A stretch of DNA of 60,698 nucleotides from an uncultured delta proteobacterium (GTDB taxonomy: Bacteria; Desulfobacterota; Binatia; UBA9968). Both the position numbers and the translations under genes were made by a program. The stretch is from positions 1 to 60,698 of the forward strand of contig CAVWLW010000029.1 of the NCBI GenBank assembly GCA_963755715.1. Reading direction: 5' to 3'. The notes below the pieces were generated by a model. It was not told the DNA's origin and made no database searches. It was given only the letters and a program-made list of their open reading frames with translations. Below, piece after piece: positions 31,220-44,324 of this stretch (positions are counted from its first letter, which is position 1; the number at the start of each line of letters is the position of its first letter).

Positions 31220-32601
31220 ATGGCCAAAGATTTACCTAGTTTTATTGCCCAAGAAGGGGCGAAGAGAGAAGGCTCCGTTATCCGCGAGAAAAACTTCGTC
31301 GACGCCAACAATTACGAAACGGTCGCCTATCTGAAACACCTCGACGTGCGCAACGAACCGAAAATGGTCCTATTCGAGAACGTGCCGGCGCTAAATGGGC
31401 AAAAATCCGAATTTCCGATGTTTTACAATCCCTGGGTCACACGCCAGTATGTGGCCGATTCCCTCGATATGGGCGATATCAAATCGCCCATGGACGTGAG
31501 CCTTGAAGTCGCCAAACTCGAACAACAACAAGGCAAGGTCGAAGTCATCGCGGCCGAAAAGGCGCCGGTCAAGCAAGTCGTCCTCACCGGCGACAAGGCC
31601 GACCTTCGCGTGCTCCCCATGCCGATGCATCAAAAAGGCGACGCCGGCCCTTATCACACGATGACCTGCGCCATGAAAGGACTCAACGGCGATTTCTACG
31701 ACATCACATTCACCAAAAATAAGTTTCATGATCCGAAACACATGAGCTTTTCGGCGCACAAGCATCACCATTTGGAAGCGATGGCTTGCGAATATGAGGA
31801 GAAGAATCTGCGCGCCCCGGTGATCGTCATCCTGGGCCACCATCCGGCGTTTTACTTGTCTTCCTGCGCTATGACCGCCATGGGCAACAACGACTATATG
31901 ACAGCGTCGGCGTTCTTGAAGGAACCGCTGCGGGTTACGCCGTCGACGACTTGGGGCGATAAATTCATGGTGCCGGCCGACGCCGAGGTGATCATCGAAG
32001 GTGAAATTCTTCCCGGAGTGCGCCAATCGCAGAATCCCTTCGGTGAAATCCTCGGTTATGCCCAGCCGAAAATGGACGTGCCGGTCATCGAAGTGACCGC
32101 GATCACGCACCGGCGCGGCGGCATCGTCGAAGACTTCTGGCCCGGCCACATGGACCACTGGAATCTCGGCAGCATTCCCAAAGAAGGCAGCACGTATAAC
32201 GTCATCAAAAAAAATGTTCCCGGCATCAAGGGAATCCATCTCGCGGCTTCGGGTGCGGCCGCTGCATTTGCTACATTTCGATCAAGAAAGAATTCGAAAA
32301 CGAGCCCAACAAGGCCGGCATGCAAGCCTTTGTCGAGATGCCGAACTTGAAATTAGCGGTCATCGTCGACGACGACATCGACGTATTTAACGAGCGCGAA
32401 GTGATGTGGGCTGTGGCCACGCGGGTTCATTGGGACAAGGACATCGAGATCATCCGCGAAGTTCAAAGTTTCCGCGGCTGGCTGGGCGATGCCGTAGCGA
32501 TCATCGACGCGACGATACCCCTGAAAATGAAGGACGAATGGCCGGTGCGCAATGAAGTCGAGGCGGCCGCGTTCGAGCGCGTCGCGAAATTCTTCAAATA
32601 G
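31220..32601 (+). CDS. UbiD family (de)carboxylase (frameshift near 32255)
   Basis: APVKQV, DAGPY, VPADAEVIIEG, PFGE.LGY, VDDDIDVFNEREVMWAVATR. Confidence 0.88.
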
Positions 32602-32613
32602 GAGAACGCAGCA

Positions 32614-32962
32614 ATGGCCGACAAAATCAAATTCATCTACAAAGCGACGTGAACCACTTGTCGTAAAGCAAGAAGTTTCTTGCAAGCCAAAAAAGTCGAC
32701 TTCGAGGAAAGAGAGTACGGCAAAAACCCGTTCACTGAGAAAGAGCTGCAGGGACATCATCGGCGACGAGCCGATCGAGCGCTTTCTCAATACTCGGACG
32801 CCGCTCTACAGAGAAAAAAACATGAAGCAAAAGCCGCCATCGAAAGACGAGGCGATCAAGCTCATGCTCAAGGATTCGAATCTGCTCAAGCGCCCGGTGA
32901 TTATCAAAGGTAAGAAGAAACTGACGGGCTTCAACGAAGCCGAGTTCAAAGAACTGCTCTAG
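32614..32962 (+). CDS. ArsC/Spx family selenoprotein (UxxC; in-frame TGA 32650-32652; frameshift near 32750)
   Basis: RBS ggaga + ATG 32614 gives MADKIKFIYKAT-TGA-TTCRKARSFL...NLLKRPVI; TGA sits at the first Cys of the CxxCRKA motif. Confidence 0.82.
32668..32683 (+). promoter_or_regulatory. Putative bacterial SECIS hairpin
   Basis: GCAAGA-AGTT-TCTTGC; loop starts 21 nt after the TGA, with G at loop position 2 followed by U. Confidence 0.62.
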
Positions 32963-33042
32963 TCCGCTCGATTCCAGACGAGAATCATTTCTGGCGTCTG
33001 GATGGAATGCCGATTCAGATTTTATATTAGCAAAGGTTGGCT

Positions 33043-33912
33043 ATGGCTGAAGACACACTTTCTGGCTTGACGTTGTTCAATCGTGGCAAAGTCCGCGACA
33101 TTTACGATCTCGGAGACAATCTCCTGCTGGTCGCGAGCGATCGTATCTCAGCCTTCGATGTGATTCTGCCGACTTTGATTCCCGACAAAGGCAAAATCCT
33201 CACCGCTTTATCCGTCTACTGGTTCAACGTGATCAAGGACATCCTGCCGCACCACTTGATCACGACGGATGTCGATCAATTCCCCGCCGCCTGCCAGCCG
33301 CACAAGGCGAAGCTTGAAGGCCGCACCATGCTCGTTAAAAAGAGCCTGCCAGCGCCGGTGGAATGCATCGTGCGTGGTTATCTCGCCGGCTCCGGCTGGA
33401 AAGATTACCAAAAGACCGGCGCCGTTTGCGGCATCCCGCTGCCCAAAGGTCTGGTGGAAGCCGCCCGCTTGGACGAGCCGATCTTCACGCCATCGACCAA
33501 AGCGCCGGTCGGCGCCCACGACGTCAACATTACGTTCGACGAGATGGTGACGAAAGTCGGCAAAAAAAGAGCGGAAAAAATGCGCGATGCGACGGTCGCG
33601 ATCTACAGCCGCGCACGCGCGCTGGCGGAGACAAAAGGCATCATTATCGCCGATACAAAATTCGAATTCGGCATCGAAGGCGACGAGATCATTTTGATCG
33701 ACGAAGTGCTGACACCCGACTCGTCGCGTTTCTGGCCGATGGCTGGATATGAGCCCGGCAAAACGCCGGACAGCTTCGACAAACAGTTCGTGCGCGATTA
33801 CCTGGTCAATCTGCCCTGGGACATGAAATCACCGGCGCCGGAATTGCCTCCAGACATCGTCAGAAAAACCCAAGATAAATATCTCGAAGCGCTCAAGCGT
33901 CTAACGAGCTGA
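33043..33912 (+). CDS. purC: SAICAR synthase
   Basis: [53 protein letters not shown]. Confidence 0.97.
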   Translation: MAEDTLSGLTLFNRGKVRDIYDLGDNLLLVASDRISAFDVILPTLIPDKGKILTALSVYWFNVIKDILPHHLITTDVDQFPAACQPHKAKLEGRTMLVKKSLPAPVECIVRGYLAGSGWKDYQKTGAVCGIPLPKGLVEAARLDEPIFTPSTKAPVGAHDVNITFDEMVTKVGKKRAEKMRDATVAIYSRARALAETKGIIIADTKFEFGIEGDEIILIDEVLTPDSSRFWPMAGYEPGKTPDSFDKQFVRDYLVNLPWDMKSPAPELPPDIVRKTQDKYLEALKRLTS

Positions 33913-33997
33913 ATACAGAATTCAGCGCCTCCCTTGGCGACATTCGCCCAACTGGCGGGGCAACATTTCAAGATCCTGGATGGTTCTCTAGAGGAAA

Positions 33998-34537
33998 CTA
34001 GCGCTGCGCCTTCAGATTAATGCGCTGGCAACGACCTAAGATCTTCGTCACCCATCCGCTCGCCTTCTTTTGTTCGTAGTCATAGGGGATGTGAATAAAA
34101 CCGTAGAGGATCCGTAAGTCATGCCGCCGGATGTGATCGAGCATGACGTACATTGAAAAATTGCACACGTAGTCACCGGCGTTCCTTGACTTCCCTGCTC
34201 CCCGTCCGACCTTTAACGCTAATGTGGTTTTTATCCGCGCAGGTCCACGCGGTGAAATGCGCTTCGGTGGATCCGCCGGACGAGCCCGGCGTCGATTTGC
34301 CGCCTGCGCTTCCACATCGACTCCGCGGCGCGAGCTCTGGCCCAGGCCGAGAACTATATCTGGCTTAAACCGCTGGAGAGTGTTGACGAACTGGCCGCGA
34401 TGAAAGCGCACTGGAAAGACAACTTTTTTCAACCCCCGCCGCGGCACTAAAGACTTGATGATTTTTGCCGTGATGTTATCGCGGAATTCCCGGTAGGGGC
34501 CAAACCCGTAGAGCAAAATGCGCCTGGTCCTTTTCAT
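33998..34537 (-). CDS. pcp: Pyroglutamyl-peptidase I
   Basis: LLYGFGPY, LGLGQ, SRNAGDYVCN, GFIHIP. Confidence 0.88.
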   Translation of the reverse strand: MKRTRRILLYGFGPYREFRDNITAKIIKSLVPRRGLKKVVFPVRFHRGQFVNTLQRFKPDIVLGLGQSSRRGVDVEAQAANRRRARPADPPKRISPRGPARIKTTLALKVGRGAGKSRNAGDYVCNFSMYVMLDHIRRHDLRILYGFIHIPYDYEQKKASGWVTKILGRCQRINLKAQR

Positions 34538-34628
34538 TGAGGACGCGTCGACACAACGGTTCGTTGCCCCAAAATAGAACTGGCCGCGCGAAGCGGCCAG
34601 TTCTGCTGAGACGGTACAAACAGCGCGG

Positions 34629-36611
<1,983 letters not shown>

Positions 36612-36627
36612 TTATCGGCACGAATAG

Positions 36628-37197
36628 TTACACGTGGCGGTAAGGTTTGACGTACTCTTCGTAGAGACCTTCTTTGCCCTTTTCGGCAAGTTCCTTGGAG
36701 CGTTGCATTAAGACTTCTTTGGTCTCGACGAATTCTTTTCGTCCGAAACCGAGGTTTCCCGGATGCGTTCCGGAATCCATGCGAATCGCGTCGCAAGGGC
36801 AAGCTTCGACACAGTAACCGCAATAAATACAGCGCAGCGTGTCGATTTCGTAGCGAATCGGAAATTTTTCTACCGAATCGTTAGGATATTCTCCGGCCTC
36901 GATGTAGATGCATTCCGCCGGACACGCCGTGGCACAGAGAAAACAAGCGGTACACTGCACCGCGCCGTCGTCTTTCAGCGTCAGTCGATGGCGGCCACGA
37001 AAGGTGTCAGGATAAGGCGCGCGCTCTTCGGGGTACTGCACGGTGACCGACGCCGTGGCGTCGTGGGCCAGGCCAAACAGCTGCAGGATGTGAATGACCA
37101 AATTCCGCCAGAACCGGTAGCCGGTCACGAACAGGCCGCGCATTATTTCGGGAAAATAGAGTCGCTCCCAGAGCGTCATTTCTTCAATTCGTTTCAT
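36628..37197 (-). CDS. nuoI: NADH-quinone oxidoreductase subunit I, stand-alone
   Basis: TVQYPEE, FRGRH, CTACFLCATACP and CIYCGYCVEACPCDAI. Confidence 0.88.
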   Translation of the reverse strand: MKRIEEMTLWERLYFPEIMRGLFVTGYRFWRNLVIHILQLFGLAHDATASVTVQYPEERAPYPDTFRGRHRLTLKDDGAVQCTACFLCATACPAECIYIEAGEYPNDSVEKFPIRYEIDTLRCIYCGYCVEACPCDAIRMDSGTHPGNLGFGRKEFVETKEVLMQRSKELAEKGKEGLYEEYVKPYRHV

Positions 37198-37332
37198 GAG
37201 CTTTTCTAAATGATCTGCGCGACGCAGGGGCGACTACGGCCGTGCTGTAACTGCTGCGATTACTTTCACTTATAGACCATTGCCGGGGGATGTCAAGGAA
37301 TTGAAAAGACAAAAATACCTGCTAATTGCATG

Positions 37333-37869
37333 TTATTCCGAGTCGAATTGCAAGATGGAATAAACTCTATGCGGTTTTAATTTTTCCCGCCCTTTGAGAA
37401 ACGAAAGCTCGATCACAAAAGCGCACTCAACCACGGTGCCGCCGAGCTTGGTGACCAATTCAGCCGTAGCCGTAGCGGTGCCGCCGGTGGCAATCAAGTC
37501 ATCGGCGATAATCACTCGTGCACCTCGGTTAATCGCGTCGATATGAATTTCCAGGGCATCCGTACCGTATTCCAATTCGTAGCTCGCCTTTTGCGTTTCG
37601 TAGGGTAATTTTCCCGGCTTGCGCACGACGCTGAAGCCGGCACCCAATCGATACGCCAGCGCCGCGCCGATGATAAAGCCGCGTGATTCAATGCCGAGCA
37701 CGGTGTCGATTTTTTGTCCCTGGTAACGTTCGGCAAAACAATCGATGGTCTTCGCAAACAACGGCCCGTTGGCCAAAAGCGGCGTAATGTCCTTGAAAAC
37801 GATCCCGGGCTTGGGAAAGTTTGGAATATCTCGAATCGCCCGCCGAATATTCGCGATGTCTTCCGTCAT
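37333..37869 (-). CDS. apt: Adenine phosphoribosyltransferase
   Basis: [38 protein letters not shown]. Confidence 0.97.
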   Translation of the reverse strand: MTEDIANIRRAIRDIPNFPKPGIVFKDITPLLANGPLFAKTIDCFAERYQGQKIDTVLGIESRGFIIGAALAYRLGAGFSVVRKPGKLPYETQKASYELEYGTDALEIHIDAINRGARVIIADDLIATGGTATATAELVTKLGGTVVECAFVIELSFLKGREKLKPHRVYSILQFDSE

Positions 37870-37935
37870 TTAAAAGTTCCTTCCAACTAAAATGATTTAG
37901 TCCCAAGTCTGCCAGCGACAATGTTGCAACGAAGG

Positions 37936-39084
37936 CTAGCCCCAAACCTGCCGCGCGGTTTCGACGACGACCTCCAGCTTGCGTTTCTGGTCATCCTCAT
38001 TGATCAGGTTACCCACCACGTCCGAGGAAAAGCCGCACTGGGGACTGATCGCAAGCTGTTCGAGCGGCACATACTGCGCGGCTTCGTCGATCCGCCGCTT
38101 GAGCTCATCGACCGTTTCCAGCCGCGGCACCTTCGTGCTCACCAACCCCAGCACCATGATTTTTCCCTTGGGCAAGAAGCGCAGCGGCTCGAAGCCACCC
38201 GCTCGAGGCGTGTCATATTCGAACAGGAATCGATCGTGTTTCAGCTCGTTCAACAGCCTTTCGGCAATCTCGTCATAGGTGCCTTCGCGGTGCCACATGC
38301 TGCGTTGATTGCCGCGGCAAAGATGGATACCGAAAGTTACGTCATCGAAGCCTTCGAGCACAGCATTGTCGGCTTGCAAGGACCGATTGAAATTTTCTTG
38401 CGGGTCTTCGCCGCGGCTGCGCATCGCCTCGAGCGAGGGCGCATCGACATAAGCCGTGTAACCCGGCGCATCGATCTGCACATAATGACAGCCCGCGTCG
38501 ATCAAACCGCGAATGATTTCGCGCTCGATCTGCACCACGTCGGCGATGAACTCGTCCAGGCCGGAATAGACCGCTTTGGAATTTTGCCAGTCGAACCGCT
38601 GAGCAACACGGTCCGGACCGATGAGCGCAACCTTGGCCGGTTTACGCGCCGTTTGATGTAGAAACTCGAATTCCTCCGCCGGCACATTGCGTGCGAGACG
38701 GATCTTTTCCGCCGCCGGCCGGCGCTGTGCCACCGCGGTCCCTTTGTGCTCACCCTGGTCCGGAATCTCCCAACGCTGTAATGGACTACCGCCCTCGACC
38801 CGCTTTTCATAGAACTCGAGAGTCGGTCTGCCTGCGTCGTACCCGGACACCGATTCGCCAAAACTATCCTGAAAGTTCAAACGCCGGTACTCACCGTCGG
38901 TTATTACCGCCAGTCCGAGCCCTTCCTGGAGCGCGACCGCGTCGCGGACGCTTTGATCTTCAAGGCTCCGGAACTGTTCGATTGAAATCAGTCCTTGGTC
39001 GTAACGCGCGCGCGCCTCTTTCAGCTTCGCCGGCCGCAATAGGCTACCGACCACATCATTTCTGATTCTAGTTAGCAGTTTCAT
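37936..39084 (-). CDS. Cobalamin-independent methionine synthase II family protein
   Basis: VGSLLRP, ITDGEYRR, HLCRGN, FEYD, ISPQCGF. Confidence 0.9.
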   Translation of the reverse strand: MKLLTRIRNDVVGSLLRPAKLKEARARYDQGLISIEQFRSLEDQSVRDAVALQEGLGLAVITDGEYRRLNFQDSFGESVSGYDAGRPTLEFYEKRVEGGSPLQRWEIPDQGEHKGTAVAQRRPAAEKIRLARNVPAEEFEFLHQTARKPAKVALIGPDRVAQRFDWQNSKAVYSGLDEFIADVVQIEREIIRGLIDAGCHYVQIDAPGYTAYVDAPSLEAMRSRGEDPQENFNRSLQADNAVLEGFDDVTFGIHLCRGNQRSMWHREGTYDEIAERLLNELKHDRFLFEYDTPRAGGFEPLRFLPKGKIMVLGLVSTKVPRLETVDELKRRIDEAAQYVPLEQLAISPQCGFSSDVVGNLINEDDQKRKLEVVVETARQVWG

Positions 39085-39095
39085 TCGATAGCTCT

Positions 39096-39846
39096 CTAAC
39101 CTTTCGGGGCGACATTATCGGATGCCGGCAAACAGCACAACTGCGGCAAGTACAAAAGCGGATCTTGCGCGGCGTTGTTTTTGCGGATCTCGAAATGAAG
39201 ATGCGGTCCGGTCACTCGGCCAGTGCTGCCCACTTTAGCGATCACTTCGCCGCGCTCGACCTTCTGGCCTTCGTGAACCAGATTAAGCTGATTGTGCGCA
39301 TACACCGAAACGATCCCGCCCACGTGACGCACGATCACCATGTTCCCATAGCCGCGCAACTGATTGCTGTACACCACTTCACCCTCAGCGACGGCGTGAA
39401 CCGGCGTTCCTTCAGGCGCGCCAATGTCCACGCCGTCATGAAAACTGCCATTTCTCGGCCCGAAGACGGAATTGATCGAACCGCTCAGCGGCGCGATAAA
39501 GTTTTCCAAAGCACTGTCCGGCGGCTCGGGCGCGCTGCGCGGCGCCGAGTTTGGAGTGATGGTTTCCACCGGCAATTGGCGCGCCCCACCGGGAATGAAT
39601 ATTTTCTGTCCGGCACGAATTTGGCTCGCGTCTCTGATGCCATTCACCCGTGCCAGCTCTTCGACCGACACGTCATACGCTTTGCCGATGCGAAAAAGGT
39701 TCTCTCCAGGCTGTACGACGTGGTAGATGCCTTGAGATCGGCGCACGCTTGACGGCAACTGGGAAGGCTGCCGTGACGCGCAGCCCGGCAGCAGCGATAA
39801 CTGCGTAGAGGGCAAATCCGAATAGAATCCTGGATGAGAATTTCAT
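39096..39846 (-). CDS. LysM + M23 peptidase lipoprotein (NlpD-like; frameshift in signal peptide)
   Basis: Lipobox LLPGC, LysM YHVVQPGENLFRI, HDGVD, YAHN, HLHFE; follows pcm; start MKFSSR at 39846 is in another frame. Confidence 0.88.
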
Positions 39847-39941
39847 CGGCCGGGTTATATAGCAGTCAGACCACCGTTGGAAGCGCAGAACTTGCTCGCT
39901 CAGCGCCACGACTTGCGAAAGCAACCGGCGCGATCTGAAGT

Positions 39942-40646
39942 TCAATCTCGCCAGCCGTATTTGCCGAACAGCTTTACGAACTTGCATTCACCCAACGGCT
40001 CTTGCTTGAAACCGGATCGGGTGCGGGTCACGCGCAGCAGCGACTGCGTCTGTTCGTCGCCAACAGGGATCACCAGGCGGCCGCGCAAGCCAAGCTGTTC
40101 GAGCAGCGGCTTCGGCGTCGCCGGCGAGCCCGCGCTCACAAGGATCGCATCGTAGGGCGCGTGCTCGGACCAACCGATCGTGCCGTCGCCGACGTGAAGC
40201 GCAATGTTTTGATAGCCGAGCTGGTCCAGCAGCGTGCGCGCTTTGCGCGACAGCGCACGGATTCTCTCGACGGAAAAGACATTGAAACAAAGCTCCGCCA
40301 GCAGCGCGGTCTGATATCCCGATCCCGTGCCGATCTCCAACACCTTTTCATCGCCGCTCAGACCGAGCGCCTCGGTCATGCGCGCCGCCATGTAAGGCTG
40401 GGATAAAGTCTGCTTTTCGCCGATCGGCAACGCGCTGTCATCGTAGGCGCGATTGACGATTCCCGGATCGACGAATAGATGTCGCGGGATCTTGCGCAAG
40501 GCGTTAATCACCCGCGCGTCCGTGATGCCACGAGCGATGATTTGCTCCTGGACCATGCGCTCTCTTGTCCAGTTAAAATCGTGTGGACTTGCTTCGGAGA
40601 GCTTCACTTTAAGAAACGAAATAATCGCAGGACGGAACCGCCACAT
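39942..40646 (-). CDS. pcm: Protein-L-isoaspartate O-methyltransferase
   Basis: PRHLFV, QTLSQPY, VLEIGTGSGYQ, APYDAI; start uncertain. Confidence 0.95.
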   Translation of the reverse strand: MWRFRPAIISFLKVKLSEASPHDFNWTRERMVQEQIIARGITDARVINALRKIPRHLFVDPGIVNRAYDDSALPIGEKQTLSQPYMAARMTEALGLSGDEKVLEIGTGSGYQTALLAELCFNVFSVERIRALSRKARTLLDQLGYQNIALHVGDGTIGWSEHAPYDAILVSAGSPATPKPLLEQLGLRGRLVIPVGDEQTQSLLRVTRTRSGFKQEPLGECKFVKLFGKYGWRD

Positions 40647-40863
40647 CGCGCCCGGCTCGATCAGAAAGTTTCACGGATAAAAATATCGGCATGACCCTAT
40701 GGATAATAACACAAGACCTGCCGCGCATGCCATTGACGGCAATAGTTTAACGCGCCGATGCGAAGTGGGAAATCCGGACCCGCTGTCGACAAATCGCAGC
40801 ACGGAGCGGCGGCGGCGCTGGCGGCAAAATGAATCCGGCTCGCTGTGAACGGACCGGGCAGAA

Positions 40864-41226
40864 TCATAGGCGACCCTGTTCCTTTAATTCGCGCAATCGC
40901 CAGCTGATAATATCTATGACACTTTCGCTTGGCAAAGATGCCGGTAAGACGCTCGGATCGGCGCCGAGCTGCACGAGTTTTTCGCGCATGACAGCAAGAC
41001 TCGCATAGAGTCGTTGATAATCATCGATATAGGCCGAGCACTCTTCGAGTCGTTCATCAAAGTCGCTCAGACAGCGCTCAAGCACTTGCTTTTCTTCTTC
41101 GAAAACCGCCCCAAGCTGCTCGCGAATCTCAAAAGTCTGTTGATGGAGCGTCTCGGTAACATGGGCCAGGTTTATTCTCATCTGAAGTATGACATCCATC
41201 AGCCGCTCAACGGACTGTCCGCTCAT
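40864..41226 (-). CDS. Hypothetical coiled-coil protein
   Basis: RBS gaggt before MSGQSV; helical Glu/Leu-rich sequence. Confidence 0.7.
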   Translation of the reverse strand: MSGQSVERLMDVILQMRINLAHVTETLHQQTFEIREQLGAVFEEEKQVLERCLSDFDERLEECSAYIDDYQRLYASLAVMREKLVQLGADPSVLPASLPSESVIDIISWRLRELKEQGRL

Positions 41227-41913
41227 TGACCTCACCCGCGTTGCCTTTCTCTGCGCCTTGTTGTCTCGATGGCAAACCACCGAGTGTATGTGAAGATTTA
41301 TCCCGATCGATTATCGGCTTTGTAGTCCCTACAGGTTTACAAAGCAAGTTTGTGGCGCGCTAGCAGCGAGAATCTAGGAATACTTTTAGGTGCGAGAGCG
41401 CCCGAGTGGAGATGCGCGACAGTGAATTTTCCTGGGAGAACTCAGCAGCGAGAATATATAAAGTGGCAGCTTAGGCGGTCAGGTGAACCCGGCGTTCGCG
41501 ATCTGCCGCTCGGCCGCGATCGTCGTCGACTCCGTAACGAAAACTAATGCCGTGACGGAAAGCCGCGTGGTTGAATCCAGCGCCGGTCGGCTGCCGCGAG
41601 GGAAGATCTTCGAAGCTGCGCACAACAAGCGGCGCACGCACCTCGGTGTCGGGCGGCTTCTCGGGCTGTAGACCACCGCGGCGCCGCTGCGAGCAAAATA
41701 GCCGGGCAGAGAAAGAGTTCGTGTAGCGCCAAGTTTTGGCTAGCGTGCCGCGTGACGTAATAATAGTAATGAAGCCCGCTCGTCAGCCGCACCGGAGCAA
41801 GATAATCCTTCACGGTCACGCAGACAGTGGCCTAGGTTGCGCGTTAGACGTTCTGATCAGGCGGTAAGATTGATTTGAGGTAGCGTACGATTCAGCTACT
41901 GGAGGCCGCCTAA

Positions 41914-42441
41914 TTATGCAGGCATTTTACTTTTTTCAATCAACGTTTGAAGTCGTTCGAGAGCTTTTAACAAATCGGTCGAGGTAAGAATACCGCATAG
42001 TCCTCCGTCGGCAGCGACCACGGGCAAACAATTAATGCGTTTGGCAAGCATCTCCCGCACCGCCGCAGAAATCAGCATATCGGGCGTGGTCGTGACCGGT
42101 TCCTGCGTCATGATCTCGCTCAGTTGTTTACTGTGCCATTGTGGCGAGCGCGCCAGTACGCGCAGCACGTCTCGATCCGAAATAACTCCGCATAGGTTTT
42201 TGTCTCCGTCGACCACGAGCACGTGATGAAAAGAACGGTTGGCCATCATCGTTACGAGCTCACCAAAGGTTTGATCGGCGCTCATGGACGTCGTCTCGCT
42301 GGTCATCAGCTCGGCGACTCGCAGCGGTCCCGCCAAAATTTCACCGGCATCGGCGCGTGAGCTAAATTGCAAAACTTCCTGATCTAGGGTTTGTGTCACT
42401 ATGCCTCCGCTTTTTTGTAGTGCTGGCTCGGAATCGGTCAT
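41914..42441 (-). CDS. CBS domain protein
   Basis: Two CBS repeats (HVLVVD..GVISDRD; CLPVV..GILTSTD). Confidence 0.9.
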   Translation of the reverse strand: MTDSEPALQKSGGIVTQTLDQEVLQFSSRADAGEILAGPLRVAELMTSETTSMSADQTFGELVTMMANRSFHHVLVVDGDKNLCGVISDRDVLRVLARSPQWHSKQLSEIMTQEPVTTTPDMLISAAVREMLAKRINCLPVVAADGGLCGILTSTDLLKALERLQTLIEKSKMPA

Positions 42442-42884
42442 TCACGCAGCTAATTCTATCGCACTTTCGATTGCTCTGCTTGTAAAAAATACGCTGGAGC
42501 ACAATCGTATTGACAAATGCACGATTGGGGAAATATCTTATTGAGCTTTTCCCGCAGCGGATGGGCGTTTTAAAAGACTAACGATGTCAACATCTTAACA
42601 ATGTGCAATTCTAGCTAAATGTTTAGACGACTACTGTTCAAATCAGGCTGATTTCAGATTTCAGCTGCGGTTACCACAGACAATGGGTGAGCTCAGACAA
42701 ATGAAATCTTGAACCAGCTAATAGGCAATCGATACTCGGCGTACCGATAGGCGTAAATAGATTGTCGATCAAAGAAAGTGCGAATGGGATTTTGTCGTGG
42801 CAAGCGCTGGAATGGAAGGTTACGGCAGCGCATCAAAGCGAGTCGATACTCCATGCCAAAACAATCTGAAACGGGGGCTCAAAG

Positions 42885-43832
42885 CTAAATAGTTTTCCAG
42901 CGACGGGACAGCATCAATCTAATTTTTCGTTGTTCTTTGTCATCAAGCTCCGCCCATCGCTCCTTGAGGTTTTTCTCAAAACTACTCAAGGTTGTAGCGG
43001 AATCGACGTCTTGCAGTTGTTGCTTGAGTGCGTAGAAGAGCTCCGAAAATTCTCCGCAAAGCTCTCGGATGATTGGAAATGATAATCGATGGATCGGACA
43101 AGGACCCAGTTCGCGGATGGCGTTCTGGTGCTCTGACGTCCCATAGCCTTTGTGCTGAGCGAATCCATAGCCCGGATATTCTCTTTCGAGATCTTCCATA
43201 AGTCCGTCTCGATGTGTTTTCGCGACAATGGATGCGGCAGCAATCGAGAAGTTGATTCCGTCGCCTTTATTGAAAGAGTTTTGGGGGATCGAAACATCGG
43301 GGATGACTCGCGCATCGATCAATAAGTGTTCCGGTCGAAATGGAAGAACTTCGATGGCTCGACGCATGGCGAGGAGCGCAGCGTGATAAATGTTCAGATG
43401 ATCGATCTCGCTCACTTCAGCTAAACCAACACCGACCGCTGTTGCGGATTGTCGGATCATTGCCGCTAATTTGGTTCGCTGCTCGGGTTCAATCTGCTTG
43501 GAATCGTCAATTCCGGCAAGCTCGGTACCTGGCGGAAACACCACAGCGGCTGCTACCACGGGGCCGGCTAGAGGACCTACCCCGACTTCGTCCACACCGG
43601 CGATGGACCGAACCCCTGACTTCCAAAGCAGCCGCTCGAAGTTCAGCATGTTCTGAATACGCAGTCGCTCGGCTCGCTCCTTTTCATAACGCTTCTTGAG
43701 AAACTCATGCATCTTCCGAACGCCCTGACGCGGATCTCGGCCTAATTTGTTCAAAAAATGAGCGGTGATGGGTTGATGGCCGTGTAGAAATTGCTGTCGG
43801 ATTTCTTCAATCGATAGGTCGCTGAATTTCAT
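42885..43832 (-). CDS. rnhB: Ribonuclease HII
   Basis: AGVDEVGVGPLAGPV, DDSK, KGDG..SIAAASIVAK, HKGYGT, HRLSF. Confidence 0.95.
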   Translation of the reverse strand: MKFSDLSIEEIRQQFLHGHQPITAHFLNKLGRDPRQGVRKMHEFLKKRYEKERAERLRIQNMLNFERLLWKSGVRSIAGVDEVGVGPLAGPVVAAAVVFPPGTELAGIDDSKQIEPEQRTKLAAMIRQSATAVGVGLAEVSEIDHLNIYHAALLAMRRAIEVLPFRPEHLLIDARVIPDVSIPQNSFNKGDGINFSIAAASIVAKTHRDGLMEDLEREYPGYGFAQHKGYGTSEHQNAIRELGPCPIHRLSFPIIRELCGEFSELFYALKQQLQDVDSATTLSSFEKNLKERWAELDDKEQRKIRLMLSRRWKTI

Positions 43833-44324
43833 TGGGTGATTACGCTTACAATTCTGAGAATTCCTATTTTTGTAGAAAATTCCTGATCAATATGCAATGA
43901 CAGCGGCACTCCAGCGATAAAGCACTCGCGCGTGTAGAAAATATTAGACGGAGCCGGGGTATGTCGCGAAATTGTTTTTGCTTCTTTGTTACGCGAAATG
44001 GAGAAGACGTCGTTCCTATCGCAAAGTTGCAGCAGGTTATCACTGCCATGCCCATTGTCCTTTTAAGAATTATATAGACGCAGAAGCCAGGTTATCCTCG
44101 TGTGGTGCATCAGCTCATGCTCGTGGAGCGCCGCATTCATCTCATCGAGAATCTATGCTTAGATGAGCCTGTCAAAAATAAAGTTTATGAATTAAGAGTG
44201 GCACTGCTTTTCCAAGCGAGCCTAGTGCGCTAGTTTAAAGCTCGTCGAGACCGGATCCGGAACTTCCTGGACTGATGAAATGCTGCCGCTGTAGTTACAC
44301 GGTTCAGAGACACTTTCAATTGTT

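Noticed and set aside
41479-41819. CDS between the coiled-coil and CBS genes
   Set aside because: Several short overlapping ORFs with no consistent frame or motif; cannot be supported
44199-44215. Sigma54 promoter for the aromatic cluster
   Set aside because: TGGCACTGCTTTTCC lacks the conserved -12 GC
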